From assembly GCA_028715965.1 (NCBI GenBank), contig JAQUQS010000006.1, forward strand, positions 50,163 through 114,162: a stretch of 64,000 bases of DNA, written 5' to 3'. Shown in pieces: positions 26,453 through 36,384 of this stretch. The notes under the pieces were generated by a model. The model saw only the letters and a program-made list of their open reading frames with translations. It was not told the origin of the DNA and ran no database searches. Position 1 is the first letter of the stretch; each line of letters begins with the position of its first letter. Both the position numbers and the translations under genes were made by a program. The DNA comes from Candidatus Omnitrophota bacterium. GTDB lineage: Bacteria; Omnitrophota; Gorgyraeia; Tantalellales; Tantalellaceae.

Positions 26453-28141
26453 ATGGCGGGCGAGGAAAGACCTGTGACGAATTTCATAAGAGAGATAATA
26501 GATGAAGACCTCAAGAGGGGAAAGAACGACGGACGCGTGCATACGCGGTTCCCGCCGGAACCCAACGGGTACCTCCATATAGGACACGCCAAATCCATAT
26601 GCCTTAATTTCGGCCTGGCAAAAGATTACAACGGCCTGTGCAATCTGCGTTTTGATGATACAAATCCTGAAAAAGAAGAGGTAGAATACGTGGATTCTAT
26701 AATGGAAGACGTCAGGTGGCTGGGATTCGACTGGGCCGACAGGATGTATTACGCGTCGGATTATTTCGACAAGTTATATGAATTCGCGGTCACGCTCATA
26801 AAGACAGGGAAAGCTTACGTATGTGACCTTAACGCCGAACAAATGAGGGAATACAGGGGGACATTGACCGCGCCCGGGAAGGAAAGCCCGTACAGGAAAA
26901 GGAGCGTTGAGGAGAACCTGGAACTGTTTGCCGGGATGAGGAACGGCGAGTTCGATGAGGGGGAAAAGGTCTTGAGAGCGAAAATAGACATGGCCTCTCC
27001 CAATGTCACCATGCGCGACCCGATAATATACCGCATAAAAAAAGCTAACCACCACCGGACGGCTGATAAATGGTGTATCTATCCCATGTATGATTTCACG
27101 CATTGTCTTTCAGATTCACTTGAGGGGATAACCCATTCCATATGTACGATGGAGTTCGAGAATAACCGTCCGCTGTATGACTGGTTCCTCGACCAGCTGG
27201 GTGTGCATCACCCCCAGCAGATCGAGTTCGCGAGGCTCAACCTGGGGCATACTGTGCTTAGCAAGAGAAAACTTCTTGAGCTTGTAACCGAAAAATATGT
27301 GGACGGCTGGGATGATCCGCGTATGCCCACCATTTCCGGGTTGCGCAGGCGGGGATATACCCCGGAAGCGATCAGGGGTTTCTGTGAAAAGATAGGGGTC
27401 GCTAAATTCAACAGTATCGTTGATATGGTGGTCCTGGAGAACAGCATAAGAGAAGATCTGAACAAAACGGCCCCGCGCGTCATGGCCGTACTCGATCCGC
27501 TCAGGGTGGTCATAACGAATTATCCAGAGGGTAAGTCCGAAGAGCTCGACGCGGTCAATAACCCTGAAGACCCTTCGATGGGAAGGAGAAAGGTCCCGTT
27601 CTCGAAGGTCCTTTATATAGAGAAAGACGATTTTCGCGAAGACCCGCCGAAAAAATTCTTCAGACTCGCGCCCGGCAGAGAGGTCAGGTTAAGGTACGCG
27701 TATTTCGTAAAATGTGAAGATGTCATCAGGGATGATAGTACGGGAGAGATCATAGAGATACATTGTACTTACGACCCGGAGACACGTGGCGGTGACGCGC
27801 CGGACGGACGTAAGGTAAAAGGAACTATACACTGGGTGTCCGCGGAACATGCTTTTAAGGCAAAAGTAAGGTTGTATGACCATCTTTTCTCTAAAAGGAA
27901 CCCCAATGAAGAGGAAGAAGGAAAGGGATACAAAGATAGCCTTAATCCCGATTCGCTTATTGTCCGGGACGGATGTTTCCTGGAACCGGCGCTTTCGATC
28001 GCTGTCCCCGGATCGCGATATCAATTCGAACGAACGGGATATTTCTGTGTGGATACAAAGGATTCGTCTCCCGGCGCCCCAGTTTTCAACAGAACGGTAA
28101 CATTAAGGGACTCGTGGGCGAAGATAGAAAAGACCCAGTAG
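26453..28141 (+). CDS. glnS: glutaminyl-tRNA synthetase
   Basis: The ATG at 26453 follows GGAGAGG. Class I motifs HIGH (HIGHAKS) and a KMSKS-like motif are present with the [15 protein letters not shown]-terminus. Length and the anticodon-binding beta-barrels fit GlnRS rather than GluRS. Confidence 0.9.
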   Translation: MAGEERPVTNFIREIIDEDLKRGKNDGRVHTRFPPEPNGYLHIGHAKSICLNFGLAKDYNGLCNLRFDDTNPEKEEVEYVDSIMEDVRWLGFDWADRMYYASDYFDKLYEFAVTLIKTGKAYVCDLNAEQMREYRGTLTAPGKESPYRKRSVEENLELFAGMRNGEFDEGEKVLRAKIDMASPNVTMRDPIIYRIKKANHHRTADKWCIYPMYDFTHCLSDSLEGITHSICTMEFENNRPLYDWFLDQLGVHHPQQIEFARLNLGHTVLSKRKLLELVTEKYVDGWDDPRMPTISGLRRRGYTPEAIRGFCEKIGVAKFNSIVDMVVLENSIREDLNKTAPRVMAVLDPLRVVITNYPEGKSEELDAVNNPEDPSMGRRKVPFSKVLYIEKDDFREDPPKKFFRLAPGREVRLRYAYFVKCEDVIRDDSTGEIIEIHCTYDPETRGGDAPDGRKVKGTIHWVSAEHAFKAKVRLYDHLFSKRNPNEEEEGKGYKDSLNPDSLIVRDGCFLEPALSIAVPGSRYQFERTGYFCVDTKDSSPGAPVFNRTVTLRDSWAKIEKTQ

Positions 28142-28373
28142 GGCTATTTATCCCGTAAAGATACTTCATATACCCGCAATACAGGTTTGCTCACCGGACC
28201 ATGCGTGTGTCCAAAAGGTTGTGGGCAAACAACTTACAAGCGCAATTTATCCTAGTTTACAACTTTTGTGAGGTAAGTTATAATTACTATTATTTAAATA
28301 AGCTGTATTATGTCTGAAAAGACACACAATGCAGCTGTTCGGATCTTAGTTGGAATAAAAATAACCTGGCAAA

Positions 28374-31300
28374 ATGCATATGAAAAGAACATATCCTTTC
28401 TATCTGGTGTTTATCCTTGCGCTACTCTTTACCAGTACCTTTTCGGAAGCCTACACAGAGGCCTACTCAGGACAGGAACTTGGACCTCGTGACGATATTA
28501 TGACAAAAAAACGCGTTAACGTGCTTTTAGAGGAAAGGGAGACCCTTCTCGAGGAACAGAAAGGTCTTTTGGAATACATGGGGATAATGGAAGAAGAGAT
28601 AGCAAGGCTCAAGAAAGAGGTTTCGGAATCCAGGAAGGGTCTTATGTCGGAAGTGGAAAAGACCAAAAAAGAACTTAGGGAACGGCTAGGGCAGCTGGAA
28701 GAAGAGAATGATACACTTAGGCGGCAACGGCAGATACTTGCCCGTAAATTAGTCGACCTTAAGGATGTAACGAAAACCTGGGACGGAGACACTGGTCCTT
28801 CAGGGGTGGATGATGCCGGGCTAAAAGGGCTAAAGAACGAGAACGATGAACTTTTGAAGGAGAATAGTGATCTTCGCGGGCAGATAGAGAAAGAAAGAAA
28901 AAAGAACGACAGGATCGAAGAAGATCTTAAGTCCGAAAAAGAAAAGGTCTCAAGGATCCAGAGATCACTCGAGAACGGGGTTAGCCAGGCTGCCGCGATC
29001 ATTGATGAAAAAGACGCGGAAATAAGGGAGCTTAGGAAAGAAAGCACGATCCTGTCGGTCAGGATAAGGGAAGCGGAGAAAGAGAACCTGGACCTCAGGA
29101 ACTCTTTAGGGGACTCCAAGACGGGGGCCGGTGTGGAAGATACTGGCAGTAGGGAGGATATCGCGCCCGGTCTTGAGGAGAAGATAAAAGAGCTTCAAAC
29201 GGTAATAAAAAGCCTGGAAAGGAAAAACCTTTCTTTACGGGAAGAGAATTCCAGGCTGGGAAAGACAGCTGTAAAGACCGGAACGCCCCAGGGAGGGCAG
29301 GACGAAGGGGTCGAAGGATACGTGTCCGATATAAGGGAAAAGAACGCCATCATATCGGAGTTACGTGGGGAAAAAGAAATGCTGGGAAAAAGGTTATCTA
29401 TCGCGATCAACGCCAAGAAAGCCTTAGAGGAAGAGCTTGCCAAGAGCCGGGTATCGACCGAAGCGGATGTTGACGCGGCGCGTCAGGAGCTCAAGAGCTC
29501 ATATGACGATATGGTTGAGGGGCTTAAGAAAGAGAACAGTGGCCTTCGGTCCGAGTTGTCGTCATCTGCCGGCAGGGAAAAGCGTCTTGTCGATGAGCTG
29601 GAAAAGACAAGGACGGGGATGAAGGAGCTTCTGGCGGACAACCAGAGAAAAGACCTGGCGCTGAAGAAGGTCATGGATCACCGCGAAGACGTCGAGAAAA
29701 AGCACAAGGACCTCGAGCGAAAGAATATCATGCTTGAGACCGAGCTGAAGAACCTCAACGCGCTCCAGGCCACAGAAAAAGAAAAGGCCCGGGAAGAGAT
29801 AAGCGCTGAGTACGAGGGCAGGATCAAAAGCCTGGCGCGAGAAAAGAACAAGCTGATGTCAGGGCTTGCCGAGCTGGAGAAAGAGCTCTTGGACATGAAG
29901 GATCGAGAGAAAGACGTGGAAAATGACAGGGTAAAAGAGCGGGATGAAAGAAAAGAGATGATCCGTGTGTTGACCAAGAAATACGCCAAGCGGGAAAGGG
30001 CTATCCTGGATGAGCGTGACGCCATGAAGGAAAAGATGGATGCCGCGAAGAAAGAGCTTGCCGATATACGGAAAGAAAAAGACGCGATACTGTTAGACAA
30101 AGAAGCGGCTGAAAAGGACAGGCAGGTCGCGGTGGAAGAAGCCCAGCTTATACGCCAGCAGGTTTCCCGGCTAAAGGATGATCTTTTAGAAAAAGAGGAG
30201 ATCGACAAGAAAAAGGCTAATGATTTCTATGTGCGAAAAGCGGCACTTCTTGAGAACGAGAACAAGGTCCTCAGGGATAACGTGAAAGAGATCAAAGAGA
30301 ACATGGCAAAAAAAGATGAAAGGACCAAAGAACTGCTTTCCGGCGCGGATGACATGAAGGCAGAGCTTGAAAAGGTTTCGCGGGAAAAAAGAGCCCTTTT
30401 GGAAGAGATAGATACGCTTAAGGCTTCAATGGAAAAGATAATGTCCGAAAAGGACGGTACCTATGCTACGGTCGAAAGCCTGCAAGGGAAGATACTGGCG
30501 CTTGAAAAAGAGCGTGACGATATGGGGAAAGAACTCGAGGGCTTGAGAGCAAGGAACAGCGTGGATATAGACGCAAAGCTCAGGGAAGCTGAGGGGGTGA
30601 TCTCCGAAAAGCAGGAAAGCATAAATACGCTTCTCGCCGACATCAAAGAGAAACAGGAAGAGGCGGAGAGGCTTTCGGGGGAAAAAGACGCGCTGGTAGA
30701 GAAAATGAAGGAAACATTGAAGGAGAAATACCTGTTGGAGAACAAGGCCAGGGACATCCTGAAGGAAAAATATGTCCTGGAAGAGGAGCTCGCGGCAGTA
30801 AGGGCCGGCGCGGAAAAGACCGCTACGAATGTGGAGGAATTTTCCGAGAAGGCCGGTGAGCTTGGGCAGCAGAACGCCGTTCTATCACGGGAAGTCAGGG
30901 AGCTTGAGGGTAAATTGGACGATATCTCCCGGGAGTTGGAGATGACTGAACAGGAGAACGAGGGGCTCAATGCCGACATTAAGGAATACCAGGCGCAGAT
31001 AAACGGGTTCAGCGCGGAGAGAGAGAGATTGAACGCCCAGATAAGGGCGATCCGGGGGCAAGCGGTCACCCCGGCAGGCGGAGCCAACGAGTTCGAGTCG
31101 TATATGTCTAAAATGGATACGGTCGTAGCGGAACGTGTAGAGGCGGAGAGGAAACTTGCTCAAGAAGCCTTTGATCGTAAGATAGAGGCGTACAAGAAAG
31201 AGGTTGGAGCATTGAGGGCGCAGCTTGACGCCAAAGGAAAAGATAGCGATACACGTGTGGATGTAAAAGGGGATTACGAGAGGCAGATGAAGGAAAAAGA

Positions 31301-31802
31301 CGGCAAGATCAAGGATTACGAAGATGCCTTGAGCAAGGAATTGGCCACCGTACGGGTCCTACAACGCAAGCTGAATGATACCAGGAAAAAACTCGCTGAT
31401 CTCGGATCGTCATTTGAGGCTACGATAACGGATAAGCAGAACATAATAGACAGGACGGGGAAAGACCTTGCCGCCGCGCGCAGCCAGGAAAAGGACATAA
31501 AAGAAAAATACCAGAAGGTCATGAGGGATCTTTCGAGCGCTTTACAGGGTAAGTCCAGTCTGGAGAAAAAACTCAAAGCCTACGGATCGGAAATAGACAG
31601 GATGAAAAAGAAAATAAGATCAAAGGGAACATCGGACAGCCGGGAGCCTTCCGGAAAACTTGAACGTGAAGTGCGGGCGTTGCGGGACGAGAACTCCGAA
31701 CTGAAACAACGGCTTGATATATTGCAGAAAGAGATAGAAGAGCTAAGGATGATGAACGCTAGGTCCCCCGTGCCGGTACATGTGGCCGGTGCCTCGAATT
31801 AA
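28374..31802 (+). CDS. giant secreted coiled-coil protein (1142 aa), function unknown
   Basis: The signal peptide is MKRTYPFYLVFILALLFTSTFSEA. More than 1000 aa follow of heptad-pattern Glu/Lys/Leu-rich sequence with no globular domain, and the C-terminus is Pro/Val-rich. Confidence 0.7.
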   Translation: MHMKRTYPFYLVFILALLFTSTFSEAYTEAYSGQELGPRDDIMTKKRVNVLLEERETLLEEQKGLLEYMGIMEEEIARLKKEVSESRKGLMSEVEKTKKELRERLGQLEEENDTLRRQRQILARKLVDLKDVTKTWDGDTGPSGVDDAGLKGLKNENDELLKENSDLRGQIEKERKKNDRIEEDLKSEKEKVSRIQRSLENGVSQAAAIIDEKDAEIRELRKESTILSVRIREAEKENLDLRNSLGDSKTGAGVEDTGSREDIAPGLEEKIKELQTVIKSLERKNLSLREENSRLGKTAVKTGTPQGGQDEGVEGYVSDIREKNAIISELRGEKEMLGKRLSIAINAKKALEEELAKSRVSTEADVDAARQELKSSYDDMVEGLKKENSGLRSELSSSAGREKRLVDELEKTRTGMKELLADNQRKDLALKKVMDHREDVEKKHKDLERKNIMLETELKNLNALQATEKEKAREEISAEYEGRIKSLAREKNKLMSGLAELEKELLDMKDREKDVENDRVKERDERKEMIRVLTKKYAKRERAILDERDAMKEKMDAAKKELADIRKEKDAILLDKEAAEKDRQVAVEEAQLIRQQVSRLKDDLLEKEEIDKKKANDFYVRKAALLENENKVLRDNVKEIKENMAKKDERTKELLSGADDMKAELEKVSREKRALLEEIDTLKASMEKIMSEKDGTYATVESLQGKILALEKERDDMGKELEGLRARNSVDIDAKLREAEGVISEKQESINTLLADIKEKQEEAERLSGEKDALVEKMKETLKEKYLLENKARDILKEKYVLEEELAAVRAGAEKTATNVEEFSEKAGELGQQNAVLSREVRELEGKLDDISRELEMTEQENEGLNADIKEYQAQINGFSAERERLNAQIRAIRGQAVTPAGGANEFESYMSKMDTVVAERVEAERKLAQEAFDRKIEAYKKEVGALRAQLDAKGKDSDTRVDVKGDYERQMKEKDGKIKDYEDALSKELATVRVLQRKLNDTRKKLADLGSSFEATITDKQNIIDRTGKDLAAARSQEKDIKEKYQKVMRDLSSALQGKSSLEKKLKAYGSEIDRMKKKIRSKGTSDSREPSGKLEREVRALRDENSELKQRLDILQKEIEELRMMNARSPVPVHVAGASN

Positions 31803-31830
31803 TTAGCTAAAAAACAGATGACGGGAAAAT

Positions 31831-34800
31831 ATGATGGTATGTAAGAGAATGGTACGTTCGAGTTTGCCGATCGCTTTCCTTGTGTTATCACAGGCGGTGC
31901 GGCCCATATATGCTGATGGAGAGGCAGCCACGCCTATCACGATCACGGCGAAAAGTAATAACGCCGTGATGTTCGGTAATAGCGGGAGGGATGAAAGCGG
32001 TATCGCCGATGGGCAGACAAGCGCTATCAGGCAGAAAGAGACGGAGATCGAGATATTAAAGGCGCAGCTTGAAGAAGCCAACGAAAGGCTGGCCACGAAA
32101 GAAAGATCTACCGGAGACAGCACGTCCAGATTGCGTAACCTGGTGGCGCGAATAGATGCCCTGGAAAAAGCTTCCAGGGAAAAGATCGCGTCATACGAGA
32201 AAGAGATAGCGGAGCTTAAAGCCGGGTCGGTCGAGAAGAACATATACCAGGGTACGGCCGGGGAGAAGGACCGGATAGAAATAAACAAACTCAAAACGGA
32301 GCTGGCCGGCGCGAAAGACGCTTTATCCCGTAAAATAGAAGAAGTCGCGGCCATGGACCGCGATCTCTCCCGCGTTAAGGAAGAAAAAAATAGCGCGCAA
32401 GCTGAAGCGGCATCTTTCAGGAACGCGCTATCGGAAAAGAGCCGTGAGTTAAGTTCCGTGCTGGAGGCGCATGCATCCCTGAAAAAAGAGCTGGATACCG
32501 CCATGGCGGGGATGAACGGGATCAAGGGGACAGAGGAAGATGGTGTTAAGGACGAAGAGGCTTTGTCCGTGCTGGAAAGCAAGGTACGGGACGGGGAAGA
32601 GACCATATCGTCCTTGAAAGAAGAGATAGTTTCCAGTAATATCAGGGCGGAAAAATATCTCGGGGATATCGAAGCGGCGAAAAAAGAGATAGAACGGTAT
32701 AAGGAGGACATCAGCAGGTTGTTGGCGGAGAACGCAAAATACCAGGAGAGGATAGACGCGTTGGACAAGGAAAGAACGGAAAAAGATATCGCGTCCGATG
32801 AGGCTATCTTGAAGGTCGAAGCGGCGGAACGGGAAGCGTCAGCGTACAAGGAAGATCTGTCCGCGGCCCAGGCGGAGGTGCGGAGCAATAAGGAGAGGAT
32901 AGACGCCCTCAAAAATGAAATAGCGGCCGGCGTGGCGAACATTAAGAAAAAAGAGGATATTATTAATGGGTTGACCGCTGAGATCGATTCCGAAAGAAAA
33001 AAGGCCCTTACTTACGCCGGACAAACGAAGGAGTATGAGGCAAAAATAAAGCGTATGGAGGAAGACCTGGCTCGCATGATCGACGCATCGGGAAAAAAGG
33101 ACGAGGAAATGACGTCACTCAGGGCTGAGATCGATGACTTGAGGAAGATCGAGGAACAAAAAGAGACCACGCGTGATAGTTTGAGCGGCGAGCTGGAGAT
33201 AAAGAAAAAGGAATTAGCTAATTTCGTAGAGGGGTTCGAGGCTTATAAAGAGAAGTATGCCGCGGAGGTCATCGATAGAGAAAAAGAGATAGAAAACCTC
33301 AGGAATGATCTTGCTGCCGGCAAGTCCAAGTTGGAAGACGCGAGGAAGGAGCTTGACAAGGAGAGAGGCGCCCTAAGGAACAAGGACGCGCGCATAAAGG
33401 AATTGGAGGGAAAGTTATCCTCCATGGAAGCCTTGGCCGAGGCAAAGTCCGCGGAAATGGAAAAGGGCCTGTCAGAACACCTGGAGACGATAAAGGTCAG
33501 GAACGAGGAAATAGGTAAGCTTAACGAAAAGATCGGGTCTTTTCAGGAGCAATTCAAGACCTTTTCCGACGCCAAGGATTCTGAAGTGGCTTTAAAAGAC
33601 AGCGAGATAGAGAGGCTAACGTCGGAAGTGAGGGGCCTGAAGGATGTCGCGATATCTAAGGATAAAGAGATCAACGCCCTCAAAAAGAACATGTCCGGGC
33701 TTGAGGGCAGGATAAAAGAAAATTCCATGAATTATGCTAAAGAACTGGACGCTTTAAAGGTGTCGATCGAAACAATAAGCAAAGAGAAAGAGGATATGGC
33801 CGCGGAGCTCAAGTCCAAGGCCGACGAGGTCAAGACTCTCACGGAAAGCCAGGAGGAAATGAACGTTTCTCTCGAGGCATACAAAAAAGACGTGACTTCC
33901 GGGGTGGCGGAAATAAGCGAGCTAAAGGCGCGTTTGGGGCGAACGGATGACGAGATGAAAACGCATCTTGCGGAATATGAGAAAGAGATCGCGGCGCTTG
34001 AGGCAGAGCTTGAGGAAAAGAACGCTAAAATGATCGAACTGGATTCGAGCCTGAGTTCGTATAAAGAGCAGTTCATAAGTTTTTCAGAAGAAAAAGACAA
34101 GGAGATAGCCGCCCAGAAAGACAAGATAACGTCACTTGAGAAGGAGAACGCGGTATTCTCAAAGGAGCGCATGGACCTCAAAGACAAAGAGTCGCGCCAG
34201 GCCGGCAGGATAAATGAGCTCGAGCGGGAAACGGGCCGGATAAAAGATAAGGCCGCGAAAATAATCTCAAAGTATAAGGAGGAAGTAGAAACGCTTGAGG
34301 CCAGATCGTTGTCGGTCCAGTCCCAACTTACGCAGGCACAACAGGAAGCGGAAGCGCTAAGGGATGAAAAGGCGAGAAAAGAACTTGAAAAAGACGAAAG
34401 GACCGCGCAATTCCAGTATATGTCGGCCAGTCTCAAGCGTGCTATGCGCAAGACCATAGACGCGGGTGAAGTGGCAGTTTCGGCCTCGGATAAGGGGGTT
34501 AAAGTATCGGTCCTTAGTGATGTCCTGTTCGGGCCGGGAAGTGCCGATATCAGTTCCGGGGGGAAAAGTGTCTTATCGGATATTGGTAACGCCCTCCAGA
34601 AAAGTATGTCCGGAAATAAGATCGTTATCGAGGGGCATACGGATAACGTGCCTATACGCAGGTCCGGATGGAAGTCGAATTGGGACCTGTCCAGCCAGAG
34701 AGCGATATCCGTATTGCATTATTTTACTGATGACCTTGGTATGACCCCGGATGATATGCGGGTGACCGGATATGGACAATATCGCCCGATAGCGGATAAT

Positions 34801-34869
34801 TCGACCGAGGAAGGGCGCAACCGGAACCGAAGGGTCGAGATACTGGTGCTCCCGGTGGCGGAAAACTAA
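31831..34869 (+). CDS. giant secreted coiled-coil protein (1012 aa) with C-terminal OmpA/MotB-type peptidoglycan-binding domain
   Basis: A signal peptide ending at the IYA-DGE cleavage region is followed by about 850 aa of coiled-coil. The C-terminal domain (VLFGPGSADISSGGKSVLSDIGNAL..IVIEGHTDNVPI..SNWDLSSQRAISVLHYF..TGYGQYRPIADNSTEEGRNRNRRVEILV) matches OmpA_C. Confidence 0.8.
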   Translation: MMVCKRMVRSSLPIAFLVLSQAVRPIYADGEAATPITITAKSNNAVMFGNSGRDESGIADGQTSAIRQKETEIEILKAQLEEANERLATKERSTGDSTSRLRNLVARIDALEKASREKIASYEKEIAELKAGSVEKNIYQGTAGEKDRIEINKLKTELAGAKDALSRKIEEVAAMDRDLSRVKEEKNSAQAEAASFRNALSEKSRELSSVLEAHASLKKELDTAMAGMNGIKGTEEDGVKDEEALSVLESKVRDGEETISSLKEEIVSSNIRAEKYLGDIEAAKKEIERYKEDISRLLAENAKYQERIDALDKERTEKDIASDEAILKVEAAEREASAYKEDLSAAQAEVRSNKERIDALKNEIAAGVANIKKKEDIINGLTAEIDSERKKALTYAGQTKEYEAKIKRMEEDLARMIDASGKKDEEMTSLRAEIDDLRKIEEQKETTRDSLSGELEIKKKELANFVEGFEAYKEKYAAEVIDREKEIENLRNDLAAGKSKLEDARKELDKERGALRNKDARIKELEGKLSSMEALAEAKSAEMEKGLSEHLETIKVRNEEIGKLNEKIGSFQEQFKTFSDAKDSEVALKDSEIERLTSEVRGLKDVAISKDKEINALKKNMSGLEGRIKENSMNYAKELDALKVSIETISKEKEDMAAELKSKADEVKTLTESQEEMNVSLEAYKKDVTSGVAEISELKARLGRTDDEMKTHLAEYEKEIAALEAELEEKNAKMIELDSSLSSYKEQFISFSEEKDKEIAAQKDKITSLEKENAVFSKERMDLKDKESRQAGRINELERETGRIKDKAAKIISKYKEEVETLEARSLSVQSQLTQAQQEAEALRDEKARKELEKDERTAQFQYMSASLKRAMRKTIDAGEVAVSASDKGVKVSVLSDVLFGPGSADISSGGKSVLSDIGNALQKSMSGNKIVIEGHTDNVPIRRSGWKSNWDLSSQRAISVLHYFTDDLGMTPDDMRVTGYGQYRPIADNSTEEGRNRNRRVEILVLPVAEN

Positions 34870-34962
34870 ATAAAAGAGCAAAATTTGTTTTTTATTCAAC
34901 TTGTGCTATACTATTACATAATATTAAAAGCACATGTGGAAAAAACGCTTTTTCACGGAAAC

Positions 34963-35472
34963 ATGATAAAAACCTTAACAATACCCATCATAACATTTTT
35001 TCTTTTAGCTATTTGCGCGCAAAATGTGCGCGCTGAGGATTTTAGCCATATAAAGGACCTTTTTGCTCTCCGTGAGAACCTGTCGGAACAGGGGTCTTCC
35101 CTGCCGAATGCCATAAAAAAGACCTCAGGGAAAGACCTTATGACGCTGGAGCGTATATTCGAGCTTAATACCTCGGCCTTGACGACCATAGAGGCTTATT
35201 TCCGGTTGTTCAAAATGGCGCTTGCCGCCGGGACCAACATGAGGGCGGAAGACATAAAGATCATAAACGAATGGCTAGAGTTCATCAATAACCAATGTAA
35301 ATACGATATCGAATATCTTGACGCAGCTATGAAAGAAACCTCGGATGGAGCTGTGCATGAGCAGATAGCCAGTGCTAAGGATAATATTGAAAGGCTTTCT
35401 CTGATCGCTGAGAAGGGTGTTAAGGAGAACTCCGCTATATTGACCAAGAACATGTCGCCTGCGGTAGAATGA
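34963..35472 (+). CDS. small secreted alpha-helical protein, unknown function
   Basis: The signal peptide is MIKTLTIPIITFFLLAICAQNVRA. The gene follows the OmpA-anchored coiled-coil gene, and the ORF-track start at 34885 is an upstream extension. Confidence 0.5.
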   Translation: MIKTLTIPIITFFLLAICAQNVRAEDFSHIKDLFALRENLSEQGSSLPNAIKKTSGKDLMTLERIFELNTSALTTIEAYFRLFKMALAAGTNMRAEDIKIINEWLEFINNQCKYDIEYLDAAMKETSDGAVHEQIASAKDNIERLSLIAEKGVKENSAILTKNMSPAVE

Positions 35473-35478
35473 CAGGCT

Positions 35479-35889
35479 CTAATCCTCTTTTTTGACCATA
35501 TTCTCGTCCGTAGTCTCCATTGAATTAAAACGCGATTTAGGTTGCAGCATATCCATTATCATGGGCTGGGTTATCGTGTGCTGGAGCCCGGATGTCGAGC
35601 CATCAAGGGATTCGTTGACCAACGCGCCTAATTTTTCCTCCAGCCGCGCTGAATACTTGGCCGCGGAACTGTTCTGTGTTTTTTCCATGGGGATCAGGTT
35701 AGATACTATTTCGCAGAAGAACAAGAGATCTTTGGTGTCTTGTTCCATCATTTTAAGTGAGAGGTTCTTTTTCTCTATTCTTGAGGAGAAGGAGGACATA
35801 TCCTCTCCCGTCCCTTCTCCGAATATGTTCCCAGCCGGGAAGAGAAGGAGGAATGATACGGCTACTACCCACAACAACTGACGTTTCAT
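35479..35889 (-). CDS. small secreted protein, unknown function
   Basis: The signal peptide is MKRQLLWVVAVSFLLLFPAGNIFG. The gene is convergent with the preceding gene. Confidence 0.45.
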   Translation of the reverse strand: MKRQLLWVVAVSFLLLFPAGNIFGEGTGEDMSSFSSRIEKKNLSLKMMEQDTKDLLFFCEIVSNLIPMEKTQNSSAAKYSARLEEKLGALVNESLDGSTSGLQHTITQPMIMDMLQPKSRFNSMETTDENMVKKED

Positions 35890-36384
35890 AACCTGCCCCT
35901 TCTTAGTAAATTCATTTAATAAGTTTTTTATCTACCCGCACCAATTATATCATGTAGCTTAGCTAAATAAAAAGCAAGAAAATCTAAATATTTCATGTTT
36001 AACTGAAAGGGTGATTTTCTTAGCTTTGGAATATTAAGGAGTTAGATGTAAAAAATGTGTTCTCATTCTTGGAGAGATTCACCATCGGCCTTAACAAAAA
36101 GTTAACAAAAAAACAGCTAGGTATAGCTTCTTGCTTTTTATAAATATACAGATAAACTTAGTATAGTAATGAACGTTCTTTAAAAGTAACTAAATCTGTT
36201 CGATAAGGGCAAACTATCCGAAAGGTTAGGACGCAAAACCGTGAGCCTAAAGCCTATATATAGGTAAAGGTCGTCCGGTTGCCGAAAACAATCCCGCATA
36301 GTATATCCATAAGCTGCGGAAACGCTGTTCGTCCTTTCGGGAATGCCACTTATCCTGGTGTGGAGAAAGAAAGGATGGACTAGT

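Noticed and set aside
31803-32942. 379-aa ORF on the minus strand, and similar long antisense ORFs at 29678-30208, 30461-31087, 33732-34457, 51006-51683, 52963-53853 and 53481-53903
   Set aside because: These are shadow ORFs inside the Glu/Lys-rich coiled-coil and TPR genes. GAA/AAG/GAG-rich sense codons give stop-poor Ser/Phe/Leu-rich antisense frames. Their products are low-complexity (SSS, FFS runs), have no RBS and are fully embedded in strongly supported genes.
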